A DNA stretch of 64,000 nucleotides from the NCBI RefSeq assembly GCF_009914755.1, contig NC_060930.1. One strand, 5' to 3'. The stretch is from the human T2T-CHM13v2.0 reference genome, Homo sapiens. A program made the translations under genes and the position numbers. The number at the start of each line of letters is the position of its first letter. Positions within the stretch are counted from its first letter, which is position 1. Below, in pieces: positions 1 through 18,287 of this stretch. A model generated the notes under the pieces. It worked only from the letters and a program-made list of their open reading frames with translations, was not told where the DNA came from and ran no database searches.

Positions 1-1924
1 GAACCCCAAAATACAAAACAGATGGGAAGTGTAGCAGCTCTGGTCTAAGAGAAAGAAGCAAGCTTGGCCTCATCCCCTGCAGTAGAACTCTGTAGTGCCC
101 CAGCTTGGTGACCGTTGATCTGGTTAATTTGCCCAATCTGTTCAAAGTCTTTTTAAAACCATTTGTTTGACAGATGATAATACTGCCTCTTCTACAATAT
201 TTCCAGAAACAAAGGACTTGGTAACTTATAACAGAGGCAATTTTGAGGGGTAAGGAATGTATCCATTATTATAAAAAGTGATGAAATATATTAAATAAAT
301 AATATAAAATAAGAATGTATCATATAGTAAACATCCAAATAACATTTTCCCTTTATCTTATTCTTGTTATCTTTGTTGGTTATTTTGTAAAATAATCCTT
401 CAAATATTTGCTGACACTTAGCCCTATACCCTAGATCACTCTAGGCAGAAATAAACTTCAATAAGATTGTTAAAACTTTCCTTCTGGAGGAGTGAAGTAT
501 GTTCTGGTCCCTGCTTTGATATCCCTCGTTGATGCTGTGTTCAGGAGAAAGGGTAGCTCTGTCCTTTGGTTGTGGCCATGGAACAAAATGAAATCATATA
601 GCAAAAGGTACATGAAGTTTGAGTTCTGATTAAAGCAGCTCCAGGGAAATATAAAGTGACTAATATTTTCAAGTCTTGGGGTCAGACAGAGATTGAAAAC
701 CAGACTCAAAGCAAGGGGGACTGAAAAGGGAAATAGATAAGACAAAGAAAAACACTTTGGGAAACAAAATATATAGAGATCAAAAGTTAAATCCCTGTAA
801 AGAAGGGGAAAAACATGTTATGAAGGACTTCATCCCATGAAGAAGGAACATGCTAATTAAGTATGATAATATGTTTATATGTTCCATCCACTCTGAGAAT
901 CATCAGTGTAACAATAAGAGTCTTTCCAATCCATATAGTTATCAGTAGTCATACTTGCCACCCACTTGCTTTGGATAGTAACTCTGACATTGAAGTTGTC
1001 AGCCCAGTACTTTTCAATCTGCAGTAGTGCCATTTGTACAAATAAAATATTTCCCATCTATAACCCCAATCCTCCCTTGTCATGAATTCTCAACTGATTT
1101 ACTGGCATCAAGTCCTGTTCTATCTACTTTCATTTATGCCACCATTGCTTTCTCAGGAAGTGAGGTTGGAGCTTACCTCATACGGAGAAAAATACCAAAA
1201 GTGGTTATATGTTCAATATTTAAGAATAAGCAAACAAAAATAACAACAGAAAATCCAGGAGCAATTTAAGTCTTGTGAGAGACACTGGGACACAGGAGAA
1301 AGACCAAAGCACAGATGAGGATGGGGAAGAGCATCATTTCATCAGTGTTAGCACTGGTACCTATGGAACATTAACTATCTATTAGGTCTCTTGCTTGACT
1401 CCGAGTTTTGGACATTAAAATACCTATTTTAATTATTAATACTCTATACATTTTATAAGTGAGTAAATAGAATTGAGTGCTGGAGAAGTCCAATATCACA
1501 GAGCTAGTAAGTGGTAAAAAGCCAAAATTATAAAACAGTCTGACTTCCGAAGCTCAAACTTTCAATTAAGACTTTTAACTTTGAAAAATGAGCTAATACC
1601 CAAAACAGAAGAAAATTGTACATAACTTACATTTTCTCGTCTGAAAAAGTAAAAATATTTGAAATCTAAAATAAGAGATAAAAATTGATAAAATAAAAAA
1701 CTTAAAGAAAGTGGGACCTGGGGGAGAGGCAGGCTGGAAAAAAGGGAGGAGAAAATATAAGTATAGGCTATAAAGGCAAAAGCATAATTATGAATTGCCA
1801 GCTATATTAGGAATGCTTAAATCAGAACTGGTATGCATAAACTTAAGTATATGATAAGGAGAGCTGGGAAGATGTTCCAGGATGTAAGAAATGGGTAAAA
1901 GTTTTTTTTAAAAATCGGAGATTT

Positions 1925-2430
1925 AGTACTAAAAAGAAATGAGCTATCAAGCCAGGAAAAGCATGTGGTACTTTAAATGCATATTACTAAGTGAAAGAAG
2001 CCAATCTGAAAAGGCTACATACTGTATCATTCTAACTATATGGCATTCTGGAAAAGCAAAACTATAGAAACAGTGAAAACATTAGTGTTTGCTGGAGGAT
2101 AATGGGGGCCAGGATGAACAGGCAGAGCACAGAGGATTTTTAGGCAATGAAAATACTCTATAGACTATAACGGGGAATGCATGCCATTATACATTTGTCC
2201 AAAGTCACAGAATGCAAGTACAACACCAAGAGTGAGCCCTAATGCAAACTATAGGCTTTGGATGATAATGATGTATCAATGTAGGTTCATTAATTGTTAT
2301 ACCTGCACTATACTGGTGGGGGATATAGGTAATAAGAAAGGTACAGGTAGAGGACAGAAGGTATAAGGGAAATCTCTGTATTTTTCTCTCAATTTTGCTA
2401 TGAATTTAAGATTGCTCTAAAAAATAAAAT
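1925..2430 (+). mobile_element. Old L1 3' end (L1MC-like)
   Basis: L1MC-type 3' motifs (ctaagtgaaagaagccaatctgaaaaggctacatactg; gtacaacaccaagagtgagccctaatgcaaactatagg), ending in an A-rich tract. Confidence 0.7.
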
Positions 2431-3883
2431 CTTTAGTAAACGAATTTTAAAAATCAGAGATAAAGAAGACAGAAAACAGAGATAAATAATGTAAATTTAA
2501 TTCTCACATTTGACAAGAACCAACAGAACAGAAATGATAATCAAGAACATTATAGGAGATAGGTCACCTGAAACAAAAAAAATTGAATAATACAGTATGA
2601 ATTCTTCATCATATATCATAAAATTAAATTAAATAGGAATTTAGACACACCAGAGTAAATTATTTTACCTGAGTCACCCAAAATAGTACCCAAATCAGAC
2701 TGACTTGACTTTATTTGAAAGAAAAAGTTTTGAGTTCCAAAGGTTATATAACAACCATTAATTGCCATTAATATAGAAAAGAAAAGATAACGATAGATGT
2801 AAAAAGGCTGAAAAAGTAAAATTTAACTGCACAGTTTTCTTGAATCAAAGGAACATTTTTAGTCATAGAGAATCAAAATAAGGACAGCAGAACCAGATGA
2901 ATAATAATACGATAGGATCAATAATGAGAATTGAAATCATTCAATGTGAAGTTGAGCCTAATTTATTATTATAAATATGAATAAAACTATGCCATTGTCA
3001 AAAATAATTCTATTTATTGCATAAATATAGTAGCATGATGAGAATTAGTTTGGAGTATATTCTTCCATATGTTAGTTACAAATGTCTGGAATTCAGAAAA
3101 TCTAGTAAACCCAAAGCATATTTATATTCTCACATTTGCTAGGAGGAAATCAATAGATGGTGTTTATATTTTGAAGTCTATATTAGAGAAGTACAGATGT
3201 GTATAATCCGTTGTTAAGGAAGTGACTAGTTGAAATAAATAAGTAAGGATACATATGTCCTTAATCACTAGAAAAAAAAGTGAAATAAGGAAAGAAGATT
3301 GAGAACTACTGACAACACAAAAAAGAAAAAGCACACTGAGGCATAAAAATCACAATATATAAATGAAAATAAAATTGTATAAGTAATATTCAAGTTTAAA
3401 AACAATCTTAGATCTGGTTCAAAAATATAAATTGGGAAGAAAAGCAAAAGATTAACAGTAGAAAGATGGCTATTAGGAAGCCAGGCAAATATTTTTTAAT
3501 GTCAATTTTCATTATCGGCATAGGTATTACAAAATAAACACTGTCAAATAATTTTTGTGTGTCACCTAGTTTTTTTCTAGTCTATGCTGTGATAACAAGA
3601 AAATGCTAGTGGTTTACAAAATCTGTATTGCATGTGAAAAATGATTCTGCTATTCCACACTTGGCTTCATCATTCTAAGGTGCAGAATAAAGTAGCAGAC
3701 CTTATCTGTAACACGTTCTTGTGCTAGAGGGAAAAAGTGTACGGGAGTAATACAACAGCTCTTAAAGCTTTTGCTCAGTTCTTAACGCTCAGTTTTCATT
3801 GCTGAAGCAAGTTACACGGTCAAGTCTTAAATACATAAGTTGGAAAAGGCACACAAAAGTGCCCACTGGAAGAGGCACTGCAC

Positions 3884-3951
3884 ATGAAAAAGCAAGAATC
3901 ACTCAAAATCAACTACTCATTGGTAAACAACAAAATCATTTAATACCCACC

Positions 3952-3982
<31 letters not shown>

Positions 3983-4376
3983 TTTCAATAATGGAGATCA
4001 TAACACACTGCACTGCACAACACATGGTAAAGAGAGTGAGTGAAGAATCCTCTTACCTAGGAGGCAGTAAATAATTTTGGACAGTAATAAAACTTCTCAT
4101 AGTAGTAAGAACGTCAAAAAAAGGCAAATGTCATGAAAGGTCAGTTATCAATATGTATCAAAGTCTTTACAGTTCTTCAACCTCTTGAACTAGTAGTTAT
4201 TTTCCTGGAATTTGATCCAAATGGAAACAATAATGGGATAGATATTCATAAATAATGATTTAGCATAATTTAGGAGTAAATTAAAATATTATTCATAGTA
4301 ATAGATCCTTAGCTAGATAAATTATATTTTCATGTGACTGGTTAGCCTTTAAATTTATTTAATGATATACAATATC

Positions 4377-4413
<37 letters not shown>

Positions 4414-4537
4414 AATGTTCCCTGATATCTGTTAAGTGTGTGTGTGTGTGTCTGTGTGTGTGTGTGCTTTCATCATCAAAGAGATTTGTAAGTTTACCAA
4501 TGAGTAGTTGAATTTGGATTGATTCTTGATTTCTCAT
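3884..4537. repeat. Imperfect inverted repeat pair (~100 bp arms at 3884-3982 and 4436-4537) including CA/TG microsatellites
   Basis: tcaactactcattggtaaac (3909-3928) is the exact reverse complement of 4492-4511; similarity extends on both sides into (CA)n/(TG)n. Confidence 0.8.
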
Positions 4538-4622
4538 TTTTTATCTTCCTAATACAAAATTATTTGTTTTGCAAGTTGGAATTAACAAATAAGGGGATCA
4601 TGTTAGTTATTCAATAAATAAT

Positions 4623-7600
4623 GAGTTTAAATCAACAAAGATAAAAAAGGCAAAGAAGGGCGTTACATAATGGAAAGGGGTTCAGTTCAACAGGAAGACC
4701 TTGTTGTTCTAAATATAACTGCACCCAACACAGGAGCACTCAGATTCATAAAGCAAGTTCTTACAGGCCTACCAAGAGATTTAGATAAACACACAATAGT
4801 GGGAGACTTTAATACCACACTCTCAGTATTAGACAGATCATCAAGGCAGAAAACTAAGATATTTGGGGCCCCAACTCAACACTTGACCAAATGGACCTAA
4901 TAGACATCTAAAGAACTGTCCACTCCAAAATAACAGAATATACATTCTTCTCATCTGCACATGGCACATACTCTAAAATCGATCACCCAATCAGCCATAA
5001 GAAAATCCTCAGCAAATTAAAAAATAATAATAATACCAAAGACATTCTCAGACCACAAAGCAATAAATATAGAAATCAATACTAAGAATATCACTCAAAA
5101 TCATGCAACTACATGGAAATTAAACAACATGCTCCTGAATGACTTTTGAGTAAACCATGAAATTAAGGCAAAAATCAAGAAATTTTATGAAAATAATGAG
5201 AAGAAAGATACAGCACACAGAATCTCTGGGGCACAGCTAAAGCAGTGTAAGAAGGAAAGATTATAGTGCTAAATACCCACATCAAAAAGTTAGAAAGATC
5301 TCAAACTAGCAACCTAACATCACACCTAGAAGAGCAAGAGAAACAAGAGCAAACCAACCCCAGAGCTAGCAGAAGATAAGAAACAACCAAAATCAGAGCT
5401 GAACTGAGGGGGATTGAGATGTGAAAAAGCATACAAAAGATTAATGAGCCCAGGAATCGATTTTTGATAGAATAAATATGATCGATAGACTACTAGCTAG
5501 ACTAATGAAGAAAAAAAGAGAAAAGAACCAAAACCCCACAATCAGAAATGACAAAAGGGACATTACTGTTGACCTCACAGATACACAAAAAACCCTCAAA
5601 GGCAATTAGAATACTTCTATGCACACAAGCTAGAACACCTAAAATAAATCCATAAATTCCTGGAAATATACCACTTCCCAAGACTGAACCAGGAAGAAAC
5701 TGAATCCCTGGACAGAACAATAATGAGTTCTAAAATGGAATCAGTAACAAAAAGCCTACCAACCAGAAAACCTGAGGACCAGACGTATTCACAGTCAAAT
5801 TCTACCAGATGTATAAAGAAAAGCTGGTAACATTCTTACTGATACGATTCTAAAAACTTGAGAAGGGATTTCTCTCTAACTCATGATATGAGGCCAGCAT
5901 CATTGTGATATCAAAACCTGGCAGAGACACAACAAAAAAGAAAGCTTTGGGCCAATATCCTCGATGAACTTCGATGCAAAAATTTTCAGCAAAACACTAG
6001 CAAACTGTATTCAGCAGCACATCAAAAAGCTAATTCACCATGACCAAGTAGGCTTTTTCCCTGGGATGCAAGGTTGTTCAACACACACAAATCAATAAAT
6101 GTGATTCATCACACACACAGTACTAAAGGGAAAAACCACATGATCACTTCAATAGATGCAGAAAAGTCTTTCAATAAAATTCAACATGCTTTATATTAAA
6201 ACCCCTCAACAAATCAGGCATTGAAGGAACATACTTCAAAATAGTAAGGGCCATCTATGACAAACCCACAGCTAACATCATACTCAATGAGCAAAAGCTG
6301 GAAGCATTACTCTTGAAAAATAGCACAAGAAAAGAATGTCCTCTCTTACCACTGTTATTCAACATAGTTCAGAAATTTCTCCCAGAGCAATCAGGCAAGA
6401 TAAAGAAAATAAAAGCTATCCAAAGAGAAATAGAGGAAGTCACACTGCCTCTATTTGCAAATGATATGATTCTATACCTAGAAAACCACATAGTTTCTGC
6501 CCAGAAGCTCCTTAAGCTGAAAAACAACTTTAGCAAAGTCTTAGAATACAAAATTAATGTACAAAAATTACTAGCATTCCTATATACCAACAACATCCAG
6601 GATCAGAGCCAAATCAAGAATGCAATCCCATTCACAACAGACACAAAAAGAATAAAATATGTAAGAATGCATATAACCATGTAGGTAAAAGATCTTTACA
6701 ACAAGAATTACAAAAAAATTCTCAAAGAAATCAGAGATGACACAAACAGAAAAACATTCCATGTTCATGGATAGGAAGAATAAATATTAATATTCCTATC
6801 AAACTACCAATGACATTCCTCACAGAACTAGAAAAACCTATTTTAAAATTCATATGGAACCAAAAAAGAGCCTGAATAGCCAAGGCAAAACAGAGCAAAA
6901 AGAACAACGCAGGAGACAATATGCTACGTAATTTCTAATTATACTACAAGGCTGCAGTAACCAAAACAGCATGGTAATGGTATATATACCAAAAAAAAAA
7001 GTGCTTAGGCCAAAGGAACAGAATTGAAAGCCCAGAAATAAGGCTGTACACCTACAACCAACTGTTCTTTGACAAAGCTGACAAAAGCAATGGGAAAAGG
7101 ACTCCTTATTCAATAAATGGTGTGAGATAACTGGCCAGCCATATGAGGAAGATTGAAACTGGACCCCTTCCTTACAACATATACAAAAAAAAAACTCAAG
7201 ATGGATTAAAGACTTAAATGCAGAACCCCAAACTATAAAAACTGTGGAAGACAACCTAAGAAATACCATTCTTAACATAGGACCTGACAGATTTTTCAAT
7301 AAAGAAGCCAAAAGCAATTGTAACAAAAACTGACAAATGGGATATAATTAAACTAAATAGCTTCTGCACAGAAAAAGAAACTATTAACAGAGTAAACAGA
7401 CAACCTACAGAATGGAGGAAAATTTTTGCAAACTATTTGAGAAAGGTCCAATATCTTGAATCTATAAGGAACTTAAACAAATTAATAGGAAAAGAACAAC
7501 TTCAATCAAAATTGGGCAAAAGACATGAATAGACACTTTTCAAAAGATGATAAGCACTTGGCCAACAAGCATATGATAAAAAGTACTCAACATCAATAAT

Positions 7601-8350
7601 TATTAAATAAATGCAAATCAAAACCATGTTGAGATATCATTTCATACCTGCCAGAATGGCTACTATTAAAAAGCCAAAAATAACACACTGGTGAGGTTGC
7701 AGAGAAAAGTGAATGCCTGTACACTGGTGGTGGTAATGTGAACAGTTGTCATTGTGGAAAGCAGTGTGACAATTTCTCAAGGAACTTAAAACGGAAACAC
7801 TATTTGATCCACAATCCCATTATTGAGTATATATACAAAGGAATATAAATTGTTCCACCATAAAGATACATATGTATGTTCATTGCAGCACTACTCACAA
7901 TAGTACAGATAAGGAGTCAACCTAAATGTTCAACAATTGTCAACTGGATAAAAAAATGTGAGACATATACACCATGGAATATTATACAGCCATAAGAAAT
8001 AACAAGATTGTGTCCTTTGCAGCAACAAAGATGACACTGGAGGACATTATCCTAAGCAAATTAACACAGGAACACACAATCAAATATTGCATATTCTCAC
8101 TTACAATTGGGAGTTAACATTGTGTATACATGTACACAAGGAAGGGAACAATAGACACCAGGGCCTACTTGAGGGTGGAGAGTGGGAGGAGGGTGAAGAT
8201 TGAAAAAACTACTTAAGGGGTACTATGCTTATTACTTGGGTGACAAAATAATCTGTACACCAAACCCATGTCACAGGCAACTTACACATACAGCAAACCT
8301 GCATATGTATGCTTAAGCCTAAAATAAATATCAAATAAATAAATAAATAG
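4623..8350 (+). mobile_element. 5'-truncated L1, L1PA13-16-like, decayed ORF2 and 3' UTR
   Basis: ORF2 remnants (4670 EN 'LNITAPNTGALRFIKQVL'; 6313 RT '[12 protein letters not shown]'); 3' UTR ggtgacaaaataatctgtacaccaaac; (AAAT)n tail. Confidence 0.9.
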
Positions 8351-8544
8351 TTGGATAAATAAAGGCATAAATACATGAAGAAAAGGCATTGAAATTGTGT
8401 TTAAAAATAACCAGAGTTACATATGTAAAATGCACAAATTTCTTACCACAGAATATCATAAAACAAAATGTGATTTGATTGCCAACAGTCAAGGGACTAC
8501 ATTGACATACGCTAAGCTATATCTTCAGACAGCTTGAAACAACA

Positions 8545-8785
8545 ATACACAGTGATACTTATCAAGTGCTTTCCATTTCCCAGGCATTGTGTTAGTATCT
8601 TTACACACAATGACACATTAAAGCTTCTCAACTATCCCATATATTAGTTATTTCTATTACAATTCTCTTTCTAAAAAATTAGCAAACTGAGGAAGCTCAG
8701 AGAGATAATAACTGTTTTCAAGTGTTTGATATTTAGTGAGTAATACAGCAAGAATTCTAAATCAGGCAGTTGATTCCAGAGAGTT
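8545..8785 (-). mobile_element. MIR SINE
   Basis: Degenerate MIR core (caaactgaggaagctcagagag) and ccaggcattgtgttag motif. Confidence 0.6.
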
Positions 8786-9076
8786 GCTGAAACATTGTCC
8801 TAAATTTACTCATGTTCTTTTCAGGGAAGGTCTCCAATCATTTAATCTTGATATTATTTAACACTTGGCAAAAATCGCTTCTGGGGTAGCTTCTTACAAG
8901 TGAATTATCTCATTAATTAAATATTTTTTCCCTAATTTTATACTTCAAAGTTATTTTTCAAATTTTAAAATTGTGGTTATCTTGGTGCCACACATGTGCA
9001 TATTGCCTCCACATTCATTCATCGATTCTTAACTCTCACATTCTACTTGTAACTTCACTTTATAGACCTCTTCTAG

Positions 9077-14110
<5,034 letters not shown>

Positions 14111-14214
14111 AATTTATTTTTTAAATGTCTCTTCAGCCATGCTTAGAAATAAATATATTAGTGGAAAGATCATAGAAACAAAACACAAATATTCTTCTAT
14201 TTTTACCTTCAGTT

Positions 14215-14250
14215 TGTGTGTGTGTGTGTGTGTGTGTGTTTGTGTGTGCG
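14215..14250. repeat. (TG)n microsatellite
   Basis: Directly visible. Confidence 0.95.
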
Positions 14251-15744
14251 TATTTTAGCTTCTGTGTCTATGGTTAATACACAATAGAAAAATTGGGAAT
14301 GTTAACTGTCTCTGTCTTGAGGAAACTTAGTCATGGTTTATCAAAATTCATTACTTCTGGAGAGTTTGACTAGCTATAGGATCAAACCACTATGCCTTCT
14401 TTTCTAATTTAGTTATGGCAGGAGTTGTAAAAATACTTTCATTGTGGCAGCCAGTGATTTTTTTTTTCACAAGCTTTGTTTATACAGAGGAAATAAAACC
14501 AATGAATTGAGTCAACCAATTAGTCAGGGAGCTGGGCGTCATGAATATGAAACGACTAGCTCATTGACTATATCATTCATTGTCATACGATTGTTTTGGC
14601 ATTGAAAAGTCACAGCCGTGGCTTTTCCAAAGTAACATATGCCAATGTATGTTATGAGTGAACGTTTGTCATTCAAATTAGAAACAACAGCAACAAAGAC
14701 AAAACACATTTCTTTCTGGTCTACCCCATATGGGTAACTGATATTATCACAGCTAGAGTTGAGCAGCCTAGAATATGTAATTTCTTTTTGTAAAAAAATA
14801 TTTTATCTTGGGGAAAAGCAGTATTTGGCAATGCATCAATTCCTCTACTTTTGTTCATCATTTGTTTGAACAAAGGTAATTATGTTCACAACAAATTAAG
14901 CATCAGAATTTTTCTTTTTGTTTCTGGTAGAGTCTCTTATAACCAACTACCAGTTATATCATTACATCTTTCTGTTTTTCATTACTGTCATCAGAAAAGC
15001 AGCATTCATTTTTAAAAATTTAGATATAACCTGCCTATAATTTTGCTTTATTAATGAAAACTAATAAGCATCATATCAAAAAATCTATACAAATGCATCA
15101 AAAATAATTACTAAATATTTATGAGTATTGATTTTGAGGTAAATTTTAAACGAGTAAATCTTGAATAAATATTTATTAAATTTTAATTGAATATATTAAA
15201 TGTGTTAAGATTATTAGACACCATACTTTAGTATCAAACTGAACTTTACATATTTCAAATAATAGATACCATTATGGGAATCTTATAATCCCTGACAAAT
15301 TCAATAAGCATTTCTCAGTTATGACTTGTAATCAAATTTTGTGATTCAAGATGTTGAGCTTTAATACTGATATTTTATTAATAAATTTCTACCAGTTTTT
15401 CACTGTAACTTTAATATGGATAGATTAAAACTACTAAATTTTATTTTGGGTAACAACTTCAAATTCAACTTTAAAAGGTCAATTACAACTTTTTTCTTAA
15501 ATTTTTAACAAGTTTAAAAACAAATGTTTGATGTTAGTTTATCACTATTTGACTTATAAAGCCTCAGTTTAATTTGCCACAAAATTATAGGCATTTAAAA
15601 GAACAAGACAGGTAATTTTCCTAGGTTCAGTTTTTCTATAGGGCAGCTATATAAAGATAATATTAATACATCATGTATCTATTATGAAAACATATCATAT
15701 GGTTTATTTACTATGTATCACTTTTTTGAAGTACTGATCATATT

Positions 15745-15862
15745 GGGGTATAATAATAGTACCTTCCTCATAGGGTTATTAAAAGCATTTTATGATGAAC
15801 ATATGTTAAGTCCTTAAGACAATACTTGGCACATAATAAGTAAGCGTTCAATAAATGTTAAT
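15745..15862 (+). mobile_element. MIR 3' fragment
   Basis: cctcatagggtt...ggcacataataagtaagcgttcaataaatg. Confidence 0.7.
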
Positions 15863-15869
15863 GTTTCGC

Positions 15870-16035
15870 CTTCTCCTCCTTATGATCCTCTTTCCTTCCC
15901 CTCCTTCTTCCCGTCTTTCTTCTCCTCCTTATGATCCTCTTTCCTTCCCCTCCTTCTTCCCGTCTTTCTTCTCCTCCTCTTTGTCCTTCTTCTCCTCCTC
16001 CTCCTCTTTCTTCACCTTTTCCTCTTCCTTCTTCG
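15870..16035. repeat. Polypyrimidine tract containing a perfect 49-bp tandem duplication (~2.2 copies)
   Basis: 15871-15919 is identical to 15920-15968, followed by a partial third copy. Confidence 0.9.
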
Positions 16036-16159
16036 TCAATTTATTTGGCTCACTTACTTTTCTGTAGGGAATTTTAGTAGTACCATATTTCTACTCTTAT
16101 ACAATAGTGTCCCCAAGGTATTAGTGGAGTTTATGAATTTTATCATATGCTGTTACTCC

Positions 16160-17030
16160 GTCTATGATATTTTCATATGATTTTACTTCTTTAGCGTGTG
16201 GATGTGATGGATTGCATTAACTGATTTTCAAATGTTCAAATAGCTTGGCATACCTGGAATAAATCCAACCTGGTTGTGGTATATACTTTTTTTTGTACAT
16301 TGTTAGGTTAAATTTGATCATATTTTGTTTAGGGTTTTTTCATCAATGTACATGAGAGATACTGGTCTGTAGTTTTCTTGTACTGTCTTTGGGTATAATC
16401 CAGCATATAATTATATGGATTCATGGAATAAGTTAGGACAATACCCTCTGCTTCTATCTGCTAAAAGAAAGTTTGACTTGGTATGATTTCTCCCTAAGCT
16501 GTTCGATAAAATTTATCAGTGAACCTACTTGATCCCTTTGCTTTGTTTTGGAGAGTTACTAATTATTGATTAGATTTCTTTAATAGATGTAGACCTATTT
16601 AGATTGTCTATTTACTCTTGTGTGATAGCTATCAAAATGCATCTTTCAAGGAATCATTCCATATCATCTAGGTTATCAAATTTATGAACAAAAAGTTATT
16701 CATAGCATTTTATTATTCTTTTAATATTCATGGGATATTTACGGTGTTCCTACTTACATTTATGATCTTAGTTAATTATATGCTTTCTTTTATTTGTTTG
16801 CCTTGCTAGAGGCTTATCTTGTCAAAAAAAAGTGTTGGGTTTCATTGATTTTCTAAATTGATTTTCTTTTTAAAATTTTATTGATTTCTGCTCTAATTTT
16901 TATTATTTCTTTTTTTCTGCTCATTTTGGATTTAATTTGCTCTTCCTATTCTAGTTTCTTAAGGTTGGACTTTAGATTATGGATTTTATATTTTTCTTGT
17001 TTATCTAATATATGCATTGAATGCTATAAA
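16160..17030 (-). mobile_element. Old L1M ORF2 fragment
   Basis: Degenerate antisense ORF2 motifs (gcatacctggaataaatcc; tcatctaggttatcaaattt). Confidence 0.7.
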
Positions 17031-17290
17031 TTCATGTTGTCACAAATGAAAAGATTTCTTTTTTTTTTTTGGCTGAATCATAGTCCATGCATGGATACAA
17101 CACATTGTAAAAAAAAAATCTATTTAACATTTAATGAACATTTGGGTTTTTTTAATAGCTTGCTTGTTGTGAATAATGCTGCAGTGACTAGGGAGATGCA
17201 GATATCTCTTTGAGATCTTGGTTTCAATTTATGGGATATCTACACAGAAGTGGGATTGCTGGATTATATGGAAGTCCTTTTTTTAATTTT
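17031..17290 (-). mobile_element. Old L1MA/MB twin-primed element, inverted segment part 1 (resumes at 24433-24591)
   Basis: Antisense ORF2 C-terminus; colinear continuation after 24433 (aggaatctccatactg). Confidence 0.7.
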
Positions 17291-17293
17291 TTT

Positions 17294-18273
17294 TCCTTCA
17301 ACTTTTAAGTTCCAGGGTACATGTGCAGGATGTGCAAGTTTGTTACATAGGCAAATGTGTGCTATGGCGGCTTGCTACACAGATCAACCCATCACCTTAG
17401 TATTAAGCCCAGTATCCATTGGTTGTTTTTCCTGATGCTCTACCTCCCCTCACCCCTCCCTTCGACTAACCCCAGTAAGTGTTGTTCCCACACCCGTGTG
17501 TCCTTATGTTCTCATCATTCAGCCCCCACTTGTAAGTGAGATCATGTGGTGTTTGGTTTTCTATTCCTGCATGAATTTGCTGAGGGTAACAGCTTCCAGC
17601 TCCATCCATGTCCCTGCAAAGGACATGATCTCATTCCTTTTTAAGGCTGCATAGTATTCCATGGTGAGTATGTACCACATTTTCTTTATATAGTCTATCA
17701 CTGATGGACATTTGGATTGATTCTGTGTCTTTGCTATTGTAAATAGTGCTGCAATGAACATACAAGTGAATGTATCTTTATAATAGAATAATTTATATTC
17801 ATTTGGGTATATACCCAGTAATGGGATTGCTAGGTCACATGCTATTTCTGCCTCTAGATCTTTGAGGAATTACCACAGTGTCTTCCACAATGGTTGAACT
17901 AATTTACACTCCCAACAACAGTGTAAAAGCATTTCTTTTTCTCTGCTACCTCGCCAGCATCTGTTGTTTCTGGACTTTTCAATAATTGCCATTCCGACTG
18001 GCATGAGATGGTTTCTCACTGTGGTTTTGATTTGCATTTCTCTAATGATTTGTGATGTTGAGCTTTTTTTAATATGCTTGTTGGTCTTGTGAGTGTCTTC
18101 TTTTAAGAAGTGTCTGTTCATGTTCTTTGCCCACTTTTTAGTGGGTTGTCTGCTTTTTTCTTGTAAATTTATTTAAGTTTCTTGTAGACTCTGGATACCA
18201 GACCTTTGTCAGATGGAGAGATTGCAACATTTTTCTCCCATTTTGTAGGTTTTCTGTTCACTCTGATGATAGT
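17294..18273 (-). mobile_element. 5'-truncated L1PA8-10-like 3' end (~1 kb)
   Basis: 3' UTR acttttaagttccagggtacatgtgcaggatgtgc; ORF2 C-terminal frames 17561-18121. Confidence 0.88.
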
Positions 18274-18287
18274 TTTTTAATTATTTT

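Noticed and set aside
1177-1360. Minus-strand exon with a signal-peptide-like stretch (MMLFPILICALVFLLCPSVSHKT)
   Set aside because: Stops after 23 codons and has a weak acceptor; only the gtaagc donor is good
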